From an uncultured Verrucomicrobiae bacterium (GTDB lineage: Bacteria; Verrucomicrobiota; Verrucomicrobiia; Limisphaerales; Palsa-1400): a stretch of 64,000 nt of DNA. The number at the start of each line of letters is the position of its first letter. Within the stretch, counting starts at the first letter, position 1. This document shows positions 9,277 through 19,383 of this stretch, in pieces. The notes below the pieces were generated by a model. That model was given only the letters and a program-made list of their open reading frames with translations, was not told the origin of the DNA and made no database searches. A program made the translations under genes and the position numbers. Where the stretch lies: contig CAVPOM010000005.1 in assembly GCA_963707025.1 (NCBI GenBank), forward strand, positions 320,001 through 384,000, in the 5' to 3' direction.

Positions 9277-9931
9277 GACACCAGAATAGAACACCGTGGC
9301 CGGCGGGTCTTACCCTCCATTGGCAAACCCTAGCCATTTTTTGCCCACAGGGGCGTATTTTAAGGTTGCCCGACCTCTTTTGTGGATTCCCGCGCAAGAC
9401 CGCACGGATTGGGCAACGCGATTGTCCCACTGGCGGTGGCGCGAAGTGACCGTTTTGGCCTGAAATGAAGTTGGGTTCATGGGACCCCCCAGGGGCCGGA
9501 ACTGAAACCAGGTGAAACCAGGTGAAATTCGCCGCCACCGGTTTTGTTGTTCCACCGCCCGCCGACGGGCCGGGGATTTGTCCGCGCCCGCCGCGCCTGC
9601 GCGGGCCGCCTCTTCCCGAAGGCGGCATTGGACTGTGCCTACGTGTCTCACGCGGACCATTCAACCATAGGTTCTAATTTCTGTCAAGGGCCAAGGCAAA
9701 AGAAAATGCGGGCGGGAAGTTCAAGGCAAAGGCGCCAAGGCGAGGAGCCGCCAAGAGGAGGGAGAATCTTAGGCTCTTGGCGTCTCAGTGGCTTTGCGTC
9801 AAGAGTGCGGAATTGCAGAATGGAACAACACGATAAAGTGCGCCAGAGGCGCGGGCAGATGACGTGTATGGCGAGGAGACGGACGGGACGACCAAAGGTT
9901 TTTGAACAGGAGAGCGAAAACCGCGGCCGCC

Positions 9932-12136
9932 TCAGCGGCATCGCACCAGCACGCGGAGGCGCTTGGCCCGGTAAGTCCCGGCATTGCCGGCAAAGGTCCA
10001 ATCCGGATTGCCGGCGGGTTGGTTGCCAATGCCAAGGTCGGCGCGGCTGCCCTCGCTCCAATGGTTGAGCGCGAAGAGGGTTTGTTTGGCGTCGTGGTTA
10101 TGCACCTGCATCGAGCCGTACCCGTCCTCCGGATCGGCCGGCTGATCGCCGAAATCGTAAACTTCCCCGGAGGCGTTGGGCACGTTGGCGCTGTTGGCTG
10201 GACCGTAATTATTCGGCCAGAACTCGATGTTGCCCCCGGCCAAAGCGGCGCCGGTGACAATCCCCTTCACGTTGGAATAGACGTTGAGGTTGGACACGTT
10301 CTGTTGAAAAAGCGCGCCGGATTTGAAGGTCGGCACCCCGATTTTTTCCAGGTCGCTGGTAAAGGCGTCCATGGAGACATACACATACCCGGTGTTGCCG
10401 TCGGGTGACTGCAGTTCCATGAAGTAGGCGATGCGGTCGAAGGGTTGGGCGATGCTTTTGTGGTTGTCCGCATCGTAACTGGATGTTTTTCCCGAGCTTG
10501 CCAAGGTCCAAATCATAGGCCAGCCGGTATTCCTTGGCTTCCGGAACCTTGAGGAGAAGAAGATCGCGGGTGGGCACAGTCCCCGCGCGAAAAGCTCCGG
10601 CCGGCAAACCGTCGCTGTTGACCAGATGCGGCTGGCCCAGCATGCTCCAGGCATAGCGCAGGGCGACAGGATGTTGGACGCCCGGGGCGGAAAGCAGGAC
10701 GGTGGCTCCATCAATTTGCGCGCCGGCTTTGACAAAGCCGCCCTCATCGGCGTCAATGATCTCAAACCAGTCCAGCGGCTGGCCGTCGCGGGCGGCCAAT
10801 CCGGCGCCGACGTGATCGAAGGTCACGCGCAACTTGTTGCCCTCAATACTCAAGGATTTGAAGGTAGGCCCCGAGCAAAGCACGTTGTCATGGCCGTAGG
10901 TCTTGGCCAGGGCCAGCAGGGCCAGGCGATGGCCGACGTCCTGTTTGTCCTTGGGATGAATGTCTTTGAGGTTGCCGATGTCATTGATCACGGCCATGCC
11001 GGTGTTGGCAATGGATTGGGCCGCGCTTTGCGCCTCCCAAAACTCAGCCTCGGTTTCCGGGTTCCCGCCGTAGTTGAAAGGCGCGATCTGCACGAAATAA
11101 AACGGGAAATCCCCTGCGTGCCACAGTTCGCGCCAGCCGCTGATGAGCGCCTTCATTCTCTCCGTGTAAGTCTTCCCGTCGCCCAGATTGCTTTCGCCCT
11201 GATACCAAATCGCCCCGCGCAAGGCGAAGGGACAAAGCGGATGAATCATCCCGTTGTAAAGGGCGGTCGCATTCTGCACATCGTGCGGCGCCAGCAACTC
11301 CTTTGGGAAAACAGGCATGGTGGGGACCTCGGCCCCGCCGGCCAGCGCGCGGCGGGCGGAGGCGAGCCATTGTTCGGTCTCATCCAGGGTTTGTTGCAGG
11401 CGTTGCCGATGCAGGGCCGTGGCCGGATCGGCCAGTTGCACCAGCTCGTACTCCTTGAGCAAAGCGGGCGTCGCCGCGAAACCTTGCGGAGGCGTCCAGG
11501 ATTCAATGCGCGTGCCGCCCCAACTCGAATCAATCAGGCCGATGGCGACGCCCAGCTTCTGATGCAACTCGCGCCCGAAATAATAGGCCGCGGCCGAAAA
11601 CCCGCCCCAGCCTCCTTCGGCCACGGTTTTGGGCGAGCACACCTTCCATTCGCCGTCAATATTAGTTTGCGGCAACGCATCCCACTTGCGCGCCACCAGC
11701 AGCAGGCGAAGGCCGGGATAATTGGCCTCGGCGATTTCCTTCGGGGCGTCGCGGGCGATGCCAATTCCCATTTCCATGTTGGATTGACCCGAACAGAGCC
11801 ACACCTCGCCGATCATGACATCGTCAAACTGGACCGAACTGGACCCGGCGGCTTTGAGAGTGAAGGGCCGCCGGCTTTCATGGCGGGCAGGACCACTTTC
11901 CATTCGCCGCGTTCATTGGCTTGAGCCTGCGCGGTGGCGGAGGCGAGCGTCACCGTGATCGTCTCATTGGGCTGCGCCCAACCCCAAATGGCCAGGGGCA
12001 TTTCCTGCTGGAGAACCATGTGGCTGGAGAACACCCTGGACAATCGAACATCGGCCCTGGCCGGCGCAAGACCCGCGCCGCTGGAAAGAATGGCCGCCGC
12101 CAGACAAACCGTCCGAAAAACTCTTGCAGTTTGCAT
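9932..12136 (-). CDS. Sialate O-acetylesterase (SASA/SGNH) with C-terminal accessory domain; two apparent frameshifts (~11866, ~10480)
   Basis: Signal peptide and SSHMVLQQ (ORF 11813-12136); GEVWLCSGQSNME, WGGTRIESW, GAIWYQGESN and DIHPKDK (ORF 10209-11903); C-terminal domain in ORF 9932-10765. Confidence 0.85.
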
Positions 12137-12191
12137 ATTCTTGTCCGCAGGGTGAAACGTTCCCGCACGATGTCAAGAGTTCAATGCGCCC

Positions 12192-12539
12192 TCATCCAAA
12201 GGTGCTCCCGTTCCAACCCCAGCAGCTCGCCGGGACATCGGTGAAGTTGAGGTAAATGCGATTGGGCGGGACCCCGAGCGAATCGTGCAACAACTGGCAG
12301 ACCTTCTGCGAGAGGTTCTGGTTCACCTGGCCGGTCAATCCGCCAATGCTCCGGACCTCGACAAAGGCCGCGTCACCCGCATTGCCGGACATCTGCATGG
12401 CGGCCTGGCTGGCGGCCACCATGACGTATTGCTGCGGTTTGCCAATGGTTTCGGCGACGGTTTTGGACAGGGCGGCGAGCAGGGCTTGCCGCTTATCCTC
12501 GGAGAGAACAACTGTAGTTTCAAGTTTTAATAGTGGCAT
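12192..12539 (-). CDS. MIF / phenylpyruvate tautomerase family protein
   Basis: N-terminal catalytic Pro (MPLLK...), IGKPQQYVMV, SIGG, RIYLNF and WGWNGSTF. Confidence 0.88.
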   Translation of the reverse strand: MPLLKLETTVVLSEDKRQALLAALSKTVAETIGKPQQYVMVAASQAAMQMSGNAGDAAFVEVRSIGGLTGQVNQNLSQKVCQLLHDSLGVPPNRIYLNFTDVPASCWGWNGSTFG

Positions 12540-12661
12540 AATCAACAACTACCTTCTTCTTCCCGGGAACGCAACCGGCCGCATCCCGGGCTGCGGCGAA
12601 CCGCCCCGAGGCCGCGTGGTGGAATGACGGGATTTTCAATCGTCAGCCAATCGGGCGGGGG

Positions 12662-13774
12662 TCAGAGCGTCCGTCGAAAGAGGAGCGTGGCGGCGCCCAG
12701 CGCCAGGACGGCGAAGCCCAGCAGAAAGGCGAGATCGGGGGCAATGGCCAGCAGGCCGGTGTTCTTGAGGATGAGTTCCTTGAAACCATGCACCGCGTAG
12801 GTGAAGGGATCCAGCGCGGTGATCACCCTCATCCAGGCGGGAAAGGCCTGGGTGGGATACACCGCGCCGCTCGGAAAGAACAGCACGGTGTTGAGCATGC
12901 CGAAAACCGCGCGCGGAACCAGGGGATCGCTCACGCGCACCATCAACAGGAACATCATGCTGATGAGCGCCAGCGCCGTCACCACCACCAGCACCATCAT
13001 GCGCGCCATGCGCGCCAGGTTGAACGGATCGGGAATTCCGGCGATGAGCGAACCCAGGGTCACCAGCACCGCGCCGGTGACGATGGCCTTGGCCACGCCG
13101 GCCAGGTTGAAGCCGAGAATCAATTCAAATTTCCCAATCGGCGTGACTAAGTAACCCTCGTGCAGGCCGCGGGCCTTGTCGTCAATAAAAATGATGCCAC
13201 CGCCGATCATGGCCGTGACGAAGATCGCCAGCACAATGGTGCCCGGCAGCAGAAACTGGATGTAGGGCACATAGGGATAAATCTCCACCGCCGCCAGGGT
13301 CGCGCCGGCGCTCAGGCGCGGAGCGGGCGCGCGCTGCCGGTAGGCCGGCAGCAGCGAGGCCATCGAGCCTTCCAGCGCGGCGGAGGAGAACTGGTCGGTG
13401 TTGTCCTCGGTCAGCACGACGCGCGGGCTGGCGCCGGCCAGGACTTTGCGGGAGAACTGCGGCGGAATCTCCAGGACGCCGTTGATCTTTCCCTCCCGCA
13501 AATCGTGCTGCGCCGCCGCGGCATCGGCGTAGGCCACCGTGTCAAAGGTCTGGGCGTTGGCGGCGACGGCTTGAAACATTTCCTTGAGCTGCACCGCGGG
13601 CAGTCCGTGGTCTTGATCCACCACGCCGAGGCTGAGATGCTTGACTTTGCCGCCAAAGGCGTAGCCCAGAATGACCAACTGCACGAGCGGCATGATCATG
13701 GAAATGACGATGAGCGCCGGGCTGCGGCGGAAGCGGCGCAAGTCGCGTTCAATTATGGCCAGAATCCGGTGCAT
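12662..13774 (-). CDS. ABC-2 type transporter permease
   Basis: Multiple hydrophobic helices, GVVDQD extracytoplasmic loop, FLLPG and SGAVYP. Confidence 0.9.
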   Translation of the reverse strand: MHRILAIIERDLRRFRRSPALIVISMIMPLVQLVILGYAFGGKVKHLSLGVVDQDHGLPAVQLKEMFQAVAANAQTFDTVAYADAAAAQHDLREGKINGVLEIPPQFSRKVLAGASPRVVLTEDNTDQFSSAALEGSMASLLPAYRQRAPAPRLSAGATLAAVEIYPYVPYIQFLLPGTIVLAIFVTAMIGGGIIFIDDKARGLHEGYLVTPIGKFELILGFNLAGVAKAIVTGAVLVTLGSLIAGIPDPFNLARMARMMVLVVVTALALISMMFLLMVRVSDPLVPRAVFGMLNTVLFFPSGAVYPTQAFPAWMRVITALDPFTYAVHGFKELILKNTGLLAIAPDLAFLLGFAVLALGAATLLFRRTL

Positions 13775-13780
13775 GGTCGG

Positions 13781-14773
13781 TCAGCGCCTTTGCAGCAGGA
13801 ATGCGCTGTTGGCGGCGGTGGGAGTCTGGAGGGCGTCGCGCAATTGATGGCCGGTGTAATGGACAAACACGTCGTCCAGCGTCGTGCTTTGCACCGACAA
13901 AGAATTGACGGTGATGCCGGCCGCGCGCGCCGCCTCCATCAAGGCCACCGTGGTGCGCGGGCCATTGAGCGAAGAGATGCGGAAAACGTGGTCCTCGGCC
14001 TTGACCTCCGCGACATCCGGCAGCGCGCGCAGCGTGTCCACCCAGCCGGGTGGAACCTCCGACACGCTGACCTCCAGGATGTTGTTGCCGGGAATGGAAG
14101 CCTTGAGCTTGAGCGGCGAATCCAGCGCCGCCAATTTGCCATGGTCAACAATGGCGATCCGGTCGCACAACTTGTCCGCCTCGTCCATGTAATGGGTGGT
14201 GACCAGGATGGTGAGATCCCGCTGGCTTTTGAGCCGGGCCAGCATCTCCCACACGGCGACGCGCGAGACGGGATCCAGGCCGGTCGTCGGCTCATCCAGA
14301 AAGAAGGTTTTCGGTTGATGCACCAGGCCGCGGGCGATTTCCAGCCTGCGCCTCATGCCGCCGGAAAACATCTTCACCGGTTTGTCCGCCCACGGCTCCA
14401 GGTCCACCGCCCGCAGCAGTTCCCGGATGGCCCGCCGCCGCTCCCCGGCGCGGAGGCCGTAGAGCTTGGCGAAAATCCCCATGTTTTCTTCCGCGGTCAA
14501 ATCCAGGTCCGAGGTCATGGCCTGCGGAATCACCCCAATGGATTTGCGCACGTCGTCCGGCTCCCGGGTGACATCGAATCCGTTGACTCGCGCGCGGCCC
14601 GAGGTGGGAGGAACCAGGGTGGTCAACATGCGAATGAGGGTTGATTTGCCCGCGCCGTTCGGGCCCAGCAATCCGAACACTTCCCCCTGGTTGACGGAGA
14701 AGCGGATGTCGTCCACGGCGGTGAAATCGCCGAAGCGCTTGGTCAACCCGTCCACTTCGATGGCCGCACTCAT
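13781..14773 (-). CDS. ABC transporter ATP-binding protein (DrrA-like)
   Basis: Walker A GPNGAGKS, signature FSGGMRRR, FLDEPTTGLD and TTHYMDE. Confidence 0.93.
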   Translation of the reverse strand: MSAAIEVDGLTKRFGDFTAVDDIRFSVNQGEVFGLLGPNGAGKSTLIRMLTTLVPPTSGRARVNGFDVTREPDDVRKSIGVIPQAMTSDLDLTAEENMGIFAKLYGLRAGERRRAIRELLRAVDLEPWADKPVKMFSGGMRRRLEIARGLVHQPKTFFLDEPTTGLDPVSRVAVWEMLARLKSQRDLTILVTTHYMDEADKLCDRIAIVDHGKLAALDSPLKLKASIPGNNILEVSVSEVPPGWVDTLRALPDVAEVKAEDHVFRISSLNGPRTTVALMEAARAAGITVNSLSVQSTTLDDVFVHYTGHQLRDALQTPTAANSAFLLQRR

Positions 14774-14776
14774 GGT

Positions 14777-15826
14777 TCAGTGAGAGGCCAGGGGCAGGGT
14801 GACATAGGCGGTCATGCCGACCGCCAGGCTGCGGTCCCGGTTGTCGCAGCGCAAACGAACCTGAAAGGTCTTGATGTCGCGCTTGGTGCGGCTGACGTCG
14901 CGCTGGGTGGCGTAATCGGCGTCAATGCCGCGAAAAAAGACTTCGCCCTGGCGCCCCGCCCCGGAAGGCAGCCGCACGGCCAGGCGGTCGCCCAAGTGAA
15001 TGCGGTCCATGTAACTCTCCTCCACGTCGGCGCGCACCCAAAGATCGTCCGGATTGATCAGGGTGACGATGGCCTGGGCGGGATTGACCACTTCGCCCTG
15101 GAGGGCCGCGCGCGTGTCAACAATACCAGCGATGGGCGCGCGAATTTCGGTGTGGGTCAGGCGCACGTCCGCCTTCTCCTCTTGTGCCTTGGCGGCCAGC
15201 AGCAGCGCCGCGCTGGCCTGGAGGGCGGCCTGGCGCGCGGCGGTCTGTTCGGAACCGGCCCTGGCCAGGGCGACGGCCGCCTCCGCGGCCAGGACCTGTT
15301 TGTTGAGGGATTCCACCCGCGCCTTGTCCGCCGCAGAGGTGGTGCGGGCCTGATCGTAGGTCTGGCGCGAATCCACCCCGCGCTGGTAGAGGCCCTCCTC
15401 GCGCTTGTAAATGAGATCGGCATTCTCCAAGTCGGCCTCGGCCTGGATGACCTGCGCTTTGGTCGCGGCGAGGGTCGCTTCCGCCTGGCGGATTTGATTG
15501 GTCGTCTGGGCCTCCTGGAATTTCAGATCCGCCTCCGCCTGGGCCACCAGCGCGCCGGATTGCGATTGGGCACCGGCGAAATAGGCCGCGTCGGCCTTCC
15601 ATTCCTGCGGCTGGATCACCGCCAGCAACTGGCCGTTGGTCACCGCGGCCCCTTCGGTTACCAGCATCTGCTGCAACCGCCCCGAAATCTCGGAACTGAC
15701 GATGACTTCGTCGGTGGTTACGATGCCAGTCAATACCAGCGCGGCCGGGCGGCGCAGGCAGGCCCAATAGACGGGCACAGCCGCGACCGCCAAAGCCAAA
15801 ATTAGAATCGAGATGCGTTTCTTCAT
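14777..15826 (-). CDS. HlyD-family membrane fusion (efflux adaptor) protein
   Basis: N-terminal TM segment (MKKRISILILAL), lipoyl-like SSEISGRL...EG, long Ala/Gln coiled coil and IRAPIAG. Confidence 0.88.
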   Translation of the reverse strand: MKKRISILILALAVAAVPVYWACLRRPAALVLTGIVTTDEVIVSSEISGRLQQMLVTEGAAVTNGQLLAVIQPQEWKADAAYFAGAQSQSGALVAQAEADLKFQEAQTTNQIRQAEATLAATKAQVIQAEADLENADLIYKREEGLYQRGVDSRQTYDQARTTSAADKARVESLNKQVLAAEAAVALARAGSEQTAARQAALQASAALLLAAKAQEEKADVRLTHTEIRAPIAGIVDTRAALQGEVVNPAQAIVTLINPDDLWVRADVEESYMDRIHLGDRLAVRLPSGAGRQGEVFFRGIDADYATQRDVSRTKRDIKTFQVRLRCDNRDRSLAVGMTAYVTLPLASH

Positions 15827-16481
15827 GGCCGGAGGGAGGGATGGGTGAACAAACCATGCCGGATGAAGTCCAGCACTTCCTCTTTGCGGCGCTTCAGGCT
15901 GGCCTGCGCGTAGGCCCCGGTGTGGCCGAGCATCTGGAGGACGGGCGCGGCGGAAAAATAGAACACAATCAAGGCCACGATGGAGATGGCGGTATGGAGC
16001 GGATCGGCCTTGCGAAATTCCCCGTCGCGCATTCCCCGTTTGAGCAGTTTGCCAAAGGCGCGGCTGCGCGGCGTGAAGTATTTCCGCACCAATCGTTCCA
16101 TCATCGCCCCGCCCGCGCTCATGCACTGCTGGAACAGCGGAGCATGGCGGTGCCGGGCGCTGATGAAGTCGAAGTGCAGGCTCACATAGCGCAGCAAGAC
16201 ATCGCGGGCCGGGCCGGGCTGGCCAGGACCTTGAGGGCCTGGGCGTTGAAACCGGCAAAATGATCCTCCAACACCGCCTGGTAGAGATGCTCCTTGCTCC
16301 GGAAGTAATAATAGAGCAGGGCGTGGTTCACACCGGCCGCGGCGGCGATGGCGTCCGTGCGCGCCCCGGCCAGCCCGTGCCGGGCGAAGGCGCGCCCGGC
16401 GGCGGCCAGGATGGCTGCGCGCGCCGGTTTGCGGCCGCCCGCGCCGCCGGCGGCCGGCCGGTTGGAGACAGGCTTCGGCAT
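15823..16481 (-). CDS. TetR family transcriptional regulator; apparent frameshift ~16217
   Basis: HTH AILAAAGRAFARHGLAGARTDAIAAAAGVNHALLYYYFRSKEHLY (ORF 16182-16481) continues into the C-terminal ORF 15823-16197. Confidence 0.85.
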
Positions 16482-16558
16482 AATTTAACTAACTGGACAG
16501 TTAAACCATCCCATCTCATTCGTCAAGGGCCAACCCCTGGCCGCCGGCCAACGGGCGC

Positions 16559-16657
16559 AAATCAGCTTTTGACAAAGCGGACTCAGTTGGAGGTAGGGAC
16601 GGCTCGCCGAGCCGTCCGCGGTCGCCTCGGCGAGGCGACCCTACCAAAAGCTGATTT
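16559..16657. repeat. GTAG-type REP doublet inside 13-bp inverted repeats (MITE/REPIN-like)
   Basis: ggtagggacggctcgccgagccgtcc...ggtcgcctcggcgaggcgaccctacc (16592-16645), flanked by the perfect inverted repeat aaatcagcttttg (16559-16571) / caaaagctgattt (16645-16657). Confidence 0.75.
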
Positions 16658-16845
16658 ACGCCCCGGCCAACTCTGGCGGACAGCGGCTCGGACAGGGTTG
16701 TCCCGCTAGCCGGAGTGGTTGGGCGGTCCCGACAGGGCGGGCCGATGACGCCTCTCCCCGGCCAAGGTTCAAACAGATTGGAACGGGCCTGTTCGACCCG
16801 TGCCGCAATCTTGACTTGGCCCCGGCCTGGCGTCACCATGCCGTC

Positions 16846-18192
16846 ATGTCGCAAACCCCAGCCACACGCTCGGTTCTCGCCCGCGTCTTAACCTGCGCCG
16901 GCCCAGGTGCTCTCGCGGCGGCGGGAATGTTCTGCCTCACCTGCGGGCTGCGCGCCGCCACGGGCGACTGGCCGGAATTCCGCGGGCCGACCGGCGACGG
17001 CCAGGTTGCCGCCTCCGGGCTTCCCCTGCGTTGGAGCGAGACCAATAACGTGCGATGGAAGACTGAAATCCCCCTGCGCGGCTGGTCCACCCCGGTCGTC
17101 ATGGGCGGCCAGGTATGGATGACTTCCGCCACCGTGGACGGCCATGATTTCCATGCCATTTGCGTGGACGCGGACACGGGAAAAATCATCTACAACGAAA
17201 CGGTGTTCCACTGCGAGCACCCGGAGCCGCTGGGCAACGGCGCGGCCATGAATTGTTACGCCACCCCTTCGCCCGCCATCGAGGCGGGACGGGTCTATGT
17301 CCATTTTGGAAGCTACGGCACCGCCTGTTTGGACACTGCCACCGGCAAAGTGATCTGGAAGCGCGACGACCTGCCTTGCCGGCATTATCGCGGCCCATCC
17401 TCCTCCCTGGTTCTCTACCGCAACCTTCTCATCCTGACCTTGGACGGGGTGGACGTGCAATATCACGCCGCTCTGGACAAACGGACGGGCCAAACCATCT
17501 GGAAAACGGACCGCTCCGTGGCTTGGGACGACGAGAACTCCACCGACCGCATGGTGCGGGACGGAGACCGCCGCAAGGCCCACAGCACCCCGTTGATCGT
17601 GACCGCCGCCGGCAAGCCCCAGATGCTCAGTGTCGGCGCCAAGGCCGCCTACTCCTATGATCCGCTGACGGGCCAAGAGCTTTGGAAAGTCCAATTCAAC
17701 GATTGGTCGGGCGCGCCCAGGCCGATTTTCGACGCCGGCCTGGCATTCCTCGTCACGGGCCTGGTGAATACCGAACTGTGGGCCGTCAAGCCTGACGGAT
17801 CGGGGGACGTTACCAGCAACAACGTTGTCTGGAAACTCAAGAGCCACGTTGGCAAATACGCCTCGCCCATCGTGGTGGACGGTTTGATTTACACGGCCGC
17901 GGACGAAAGCTTCGTTACCTGCCTGGAAGCCACCACCGGCCAGCCTGTCTGGACCGAGCGCCTCGGCGGCAACTTCGATGCCTCCCCCATTTATGCCGAT
18001 GGCCGCCTTTACTTCTTCAACCAGCAAGGAGTGGCCACCGTCCTCAAACCGGGGCGGACGTGCGCCATCCTGGCCACCAACTCTCTCGACGACGGCTTTA
18101 TGGCTTCGCCCGCCGTCAGCGGCAGGTCCCTTTTCCTGCGGGCCAAGGCCCACCTCTACCGCGTGGAGGACATGGCCTCGAACAGCCAGTAG
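16846..18192 (+). CDS. PQQ-like beta-propeller repeat protein (BamB-like, PVC-expanded family)
   Basis: Signal peptide, DWPEFRGPTGDG, WSETNNVRWKT, GWSTPVV, repeated (D/E)xxTGxxxW motifs and ASP motifs. Confidence 0.85.
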   Translation: MSQTPATRSVLARVLTCAGPGALAAAGMFCLTCGLRAATGDWPEFRGPTGDGQVAASGLPLRWSETNNVRWKTEIPLRGWSTPVVMGGQVWMTSATVDGHDFHAICVDADTGKIIYNETVFHCEHPEPLGNGAAMNCYATPSPAIEAGRVYVHFGSYGTACLDTATGKVIWKRDDLPCRHYRGPSSSLVLYRNLLILTLDGVDVQYHAALDKRTGQTIWKTDRSVAWDDENSTDRMVRDGDRRKAHSTPLIVTAAGKPQMLSVGAKAAYSYDPLTGQELWKVQFNDWSGAPRPIFDAGLAFLVTGLVNTELWAVKPDGSGDVTSNNVVWKLKSHVGKYASPIVVDGLIYTAADESFVTCLEATTGQPVWTERLGGNFDASPIYADGRLYFFNQQGVATVLKPGRTCAILATNSLDDGFMASPAVSGRSLFLRAKAHLYRVEDMASNSQ

Positions 18193-18238
18193 GACCCTGG
18201 AGCAGGGCTGACCAACAATCCATCTGCGCCATCCAGCA

Positions 18239-18700
18239 TCATCCGGGCGGAGGTTTGACGCTGCCGGGCGCAGTATGCCCGGCGGAACAAATCCAGAGAT
18301 ACGGATTGTTGATGGACGGATTGCCGGTCATAATTCTTGGCTGCGCGCATTCAGCGCAATATGGGCGTTCGTCAAATCCTGCTGCCGTTTTCCTCCAAAG
18401 CACGCCGTTATGTTCTTGAAATGCTTTGAATTTTTTAGGCGGCGACGCCTTCAATCGCGCTAATTGGTCATTAAGGTTGGTTATCTCAAGGCGATGGCTT
18501 TCACGAAGTGCCGTGAGCGCGTGGGAATGGTCAGCCTCCATTTTTGCCATTTTCGCACTCGCTTCCAACAGGTCTTTGTGTATGACAAGCTGCTGCTGTT
18601 GTATCTGCTGGACAAGAGCGAGTGTCTGTCCGTCCTTCGCTCGCTGAATCAGTTCTCCGATCAGCGCCGTGATTTTCGGAATGGCTTCGAGTCCGGTCAT
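18239..18700 (-). CDS. Hypothetical protein with coiled coil and C-terminal putative zinc ribbon
   Basis: Gln/Leu-rich helical N-terminal half; PYCAECAQP...WICSAGH near the C-terminus; AT-richer than neighbours. Confidence 0.6.
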   Translation of the reverse strand: MTGLEAIPKITALIGELIQRAKDGQTLALVQQIQQQQLVIHKDLLEASAKMAKMEADHSHALTALRESHRLEITNLNDQLARLKASPPKKFKAFQEHNGVLWRKTAAGFDERPYCAECAQPRIMTGNPSINNPYLWICSAGHTAPGSVKPPPG

Positions 18701-18814
18701 AACCAGGCACTCATACCCAAAAGCCGGGCTGAAAACAACGAAAAACAACCCGGAAGCGTAACGTCTCAGTGACGGCGGGAAAACTGGCCATGACCTTTGT
18801 AAGGCGTCAGTGAC

Positions 18815-18891
18815 GGGAGGGCGAGACTCTGTTCGAGCCGTGACTTCTTCCCAAGAAATCGAGTTTCGGCTCGACGGAGTCTCGCCCTACC
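18815..18891. repeat. REP-like inverted doublet
   Basis: gggagggcgagactctgttcgagccg ... cggctcgacggagtctcgccctacc, with a GTAG-type end on the minus strand. Confidence 0.7.
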
Positions 18892-19101
18892 GGCCATGAC
18901 TGACCCATTATCCGGCAGCGCACGATGACCCGCCGGACGGCCCCCCATTGCATTCCCGTGGCAAGACGGGCGGGCCATACCAGCACCCCGCGCAAAAGCC
19001 CCTTCCCCAGTGGACAGGCGGGGGTTGCCCTGTGCTGGGCAACCCTGGCGCCGGACGCAGCCGCTCAGGCGGAAGAAAAGTTCTCCTCTGGAGGCGCCCC
19101 T

Positions 19102-19383
19102 CTATTCTTGGGGGTTAATCCCGGCCTGATGGGCCTGGATGGCCTCCGCGATGGTCGTGACGGTACGCATCGTTTTTCGCGCGACGGCGGCGTCGGGAAT
19201 CTTAATGCCGTAGCGTTTGTCCAGCGCGACGACCAATTCGAGGGCGTCCACGGAGTCCAATCCCAGACTGCCCGGTCCGAAGAGCGGCTGGTCGTCGCCA
19301 ATTTCTTGCGGAGTGATTTGCAGCATGAGGTCTTCGACCAGGAAGCATTTGATCTGGGTTATAAGTTGGGGGGATGTGTTCAT
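19102..19383 (-). CDS. Acyl carrier protein
   Basis: LFGPGSLGLDSVDALELVV with the phosphopantetheine Ser; the ATG overlaps the upstream stop. Confidence 0.92.
   Translation of the reverse strand: MNTSPQLITQIKCFLVEDLMLQITPQEIGDDQPLFGPGSLGLDSVDALELVVALDKRYGIKIPDAAVARKTMRTVTTIAEAIQAHQAGINPQE

Noticed and set aside
9504..9527. gaaaccaggt tandem duplication upstream of hemE
   Set aside because: Only two copies, no FNR-like or other recognisable box, and no further support.
10470..11870. Programmed frameshifting or phase variation in the esterase gene
   Set aside because: There is no long homopolymer or canonical slippery site, and similar indels occur throughout the window, which favours sequencing error.
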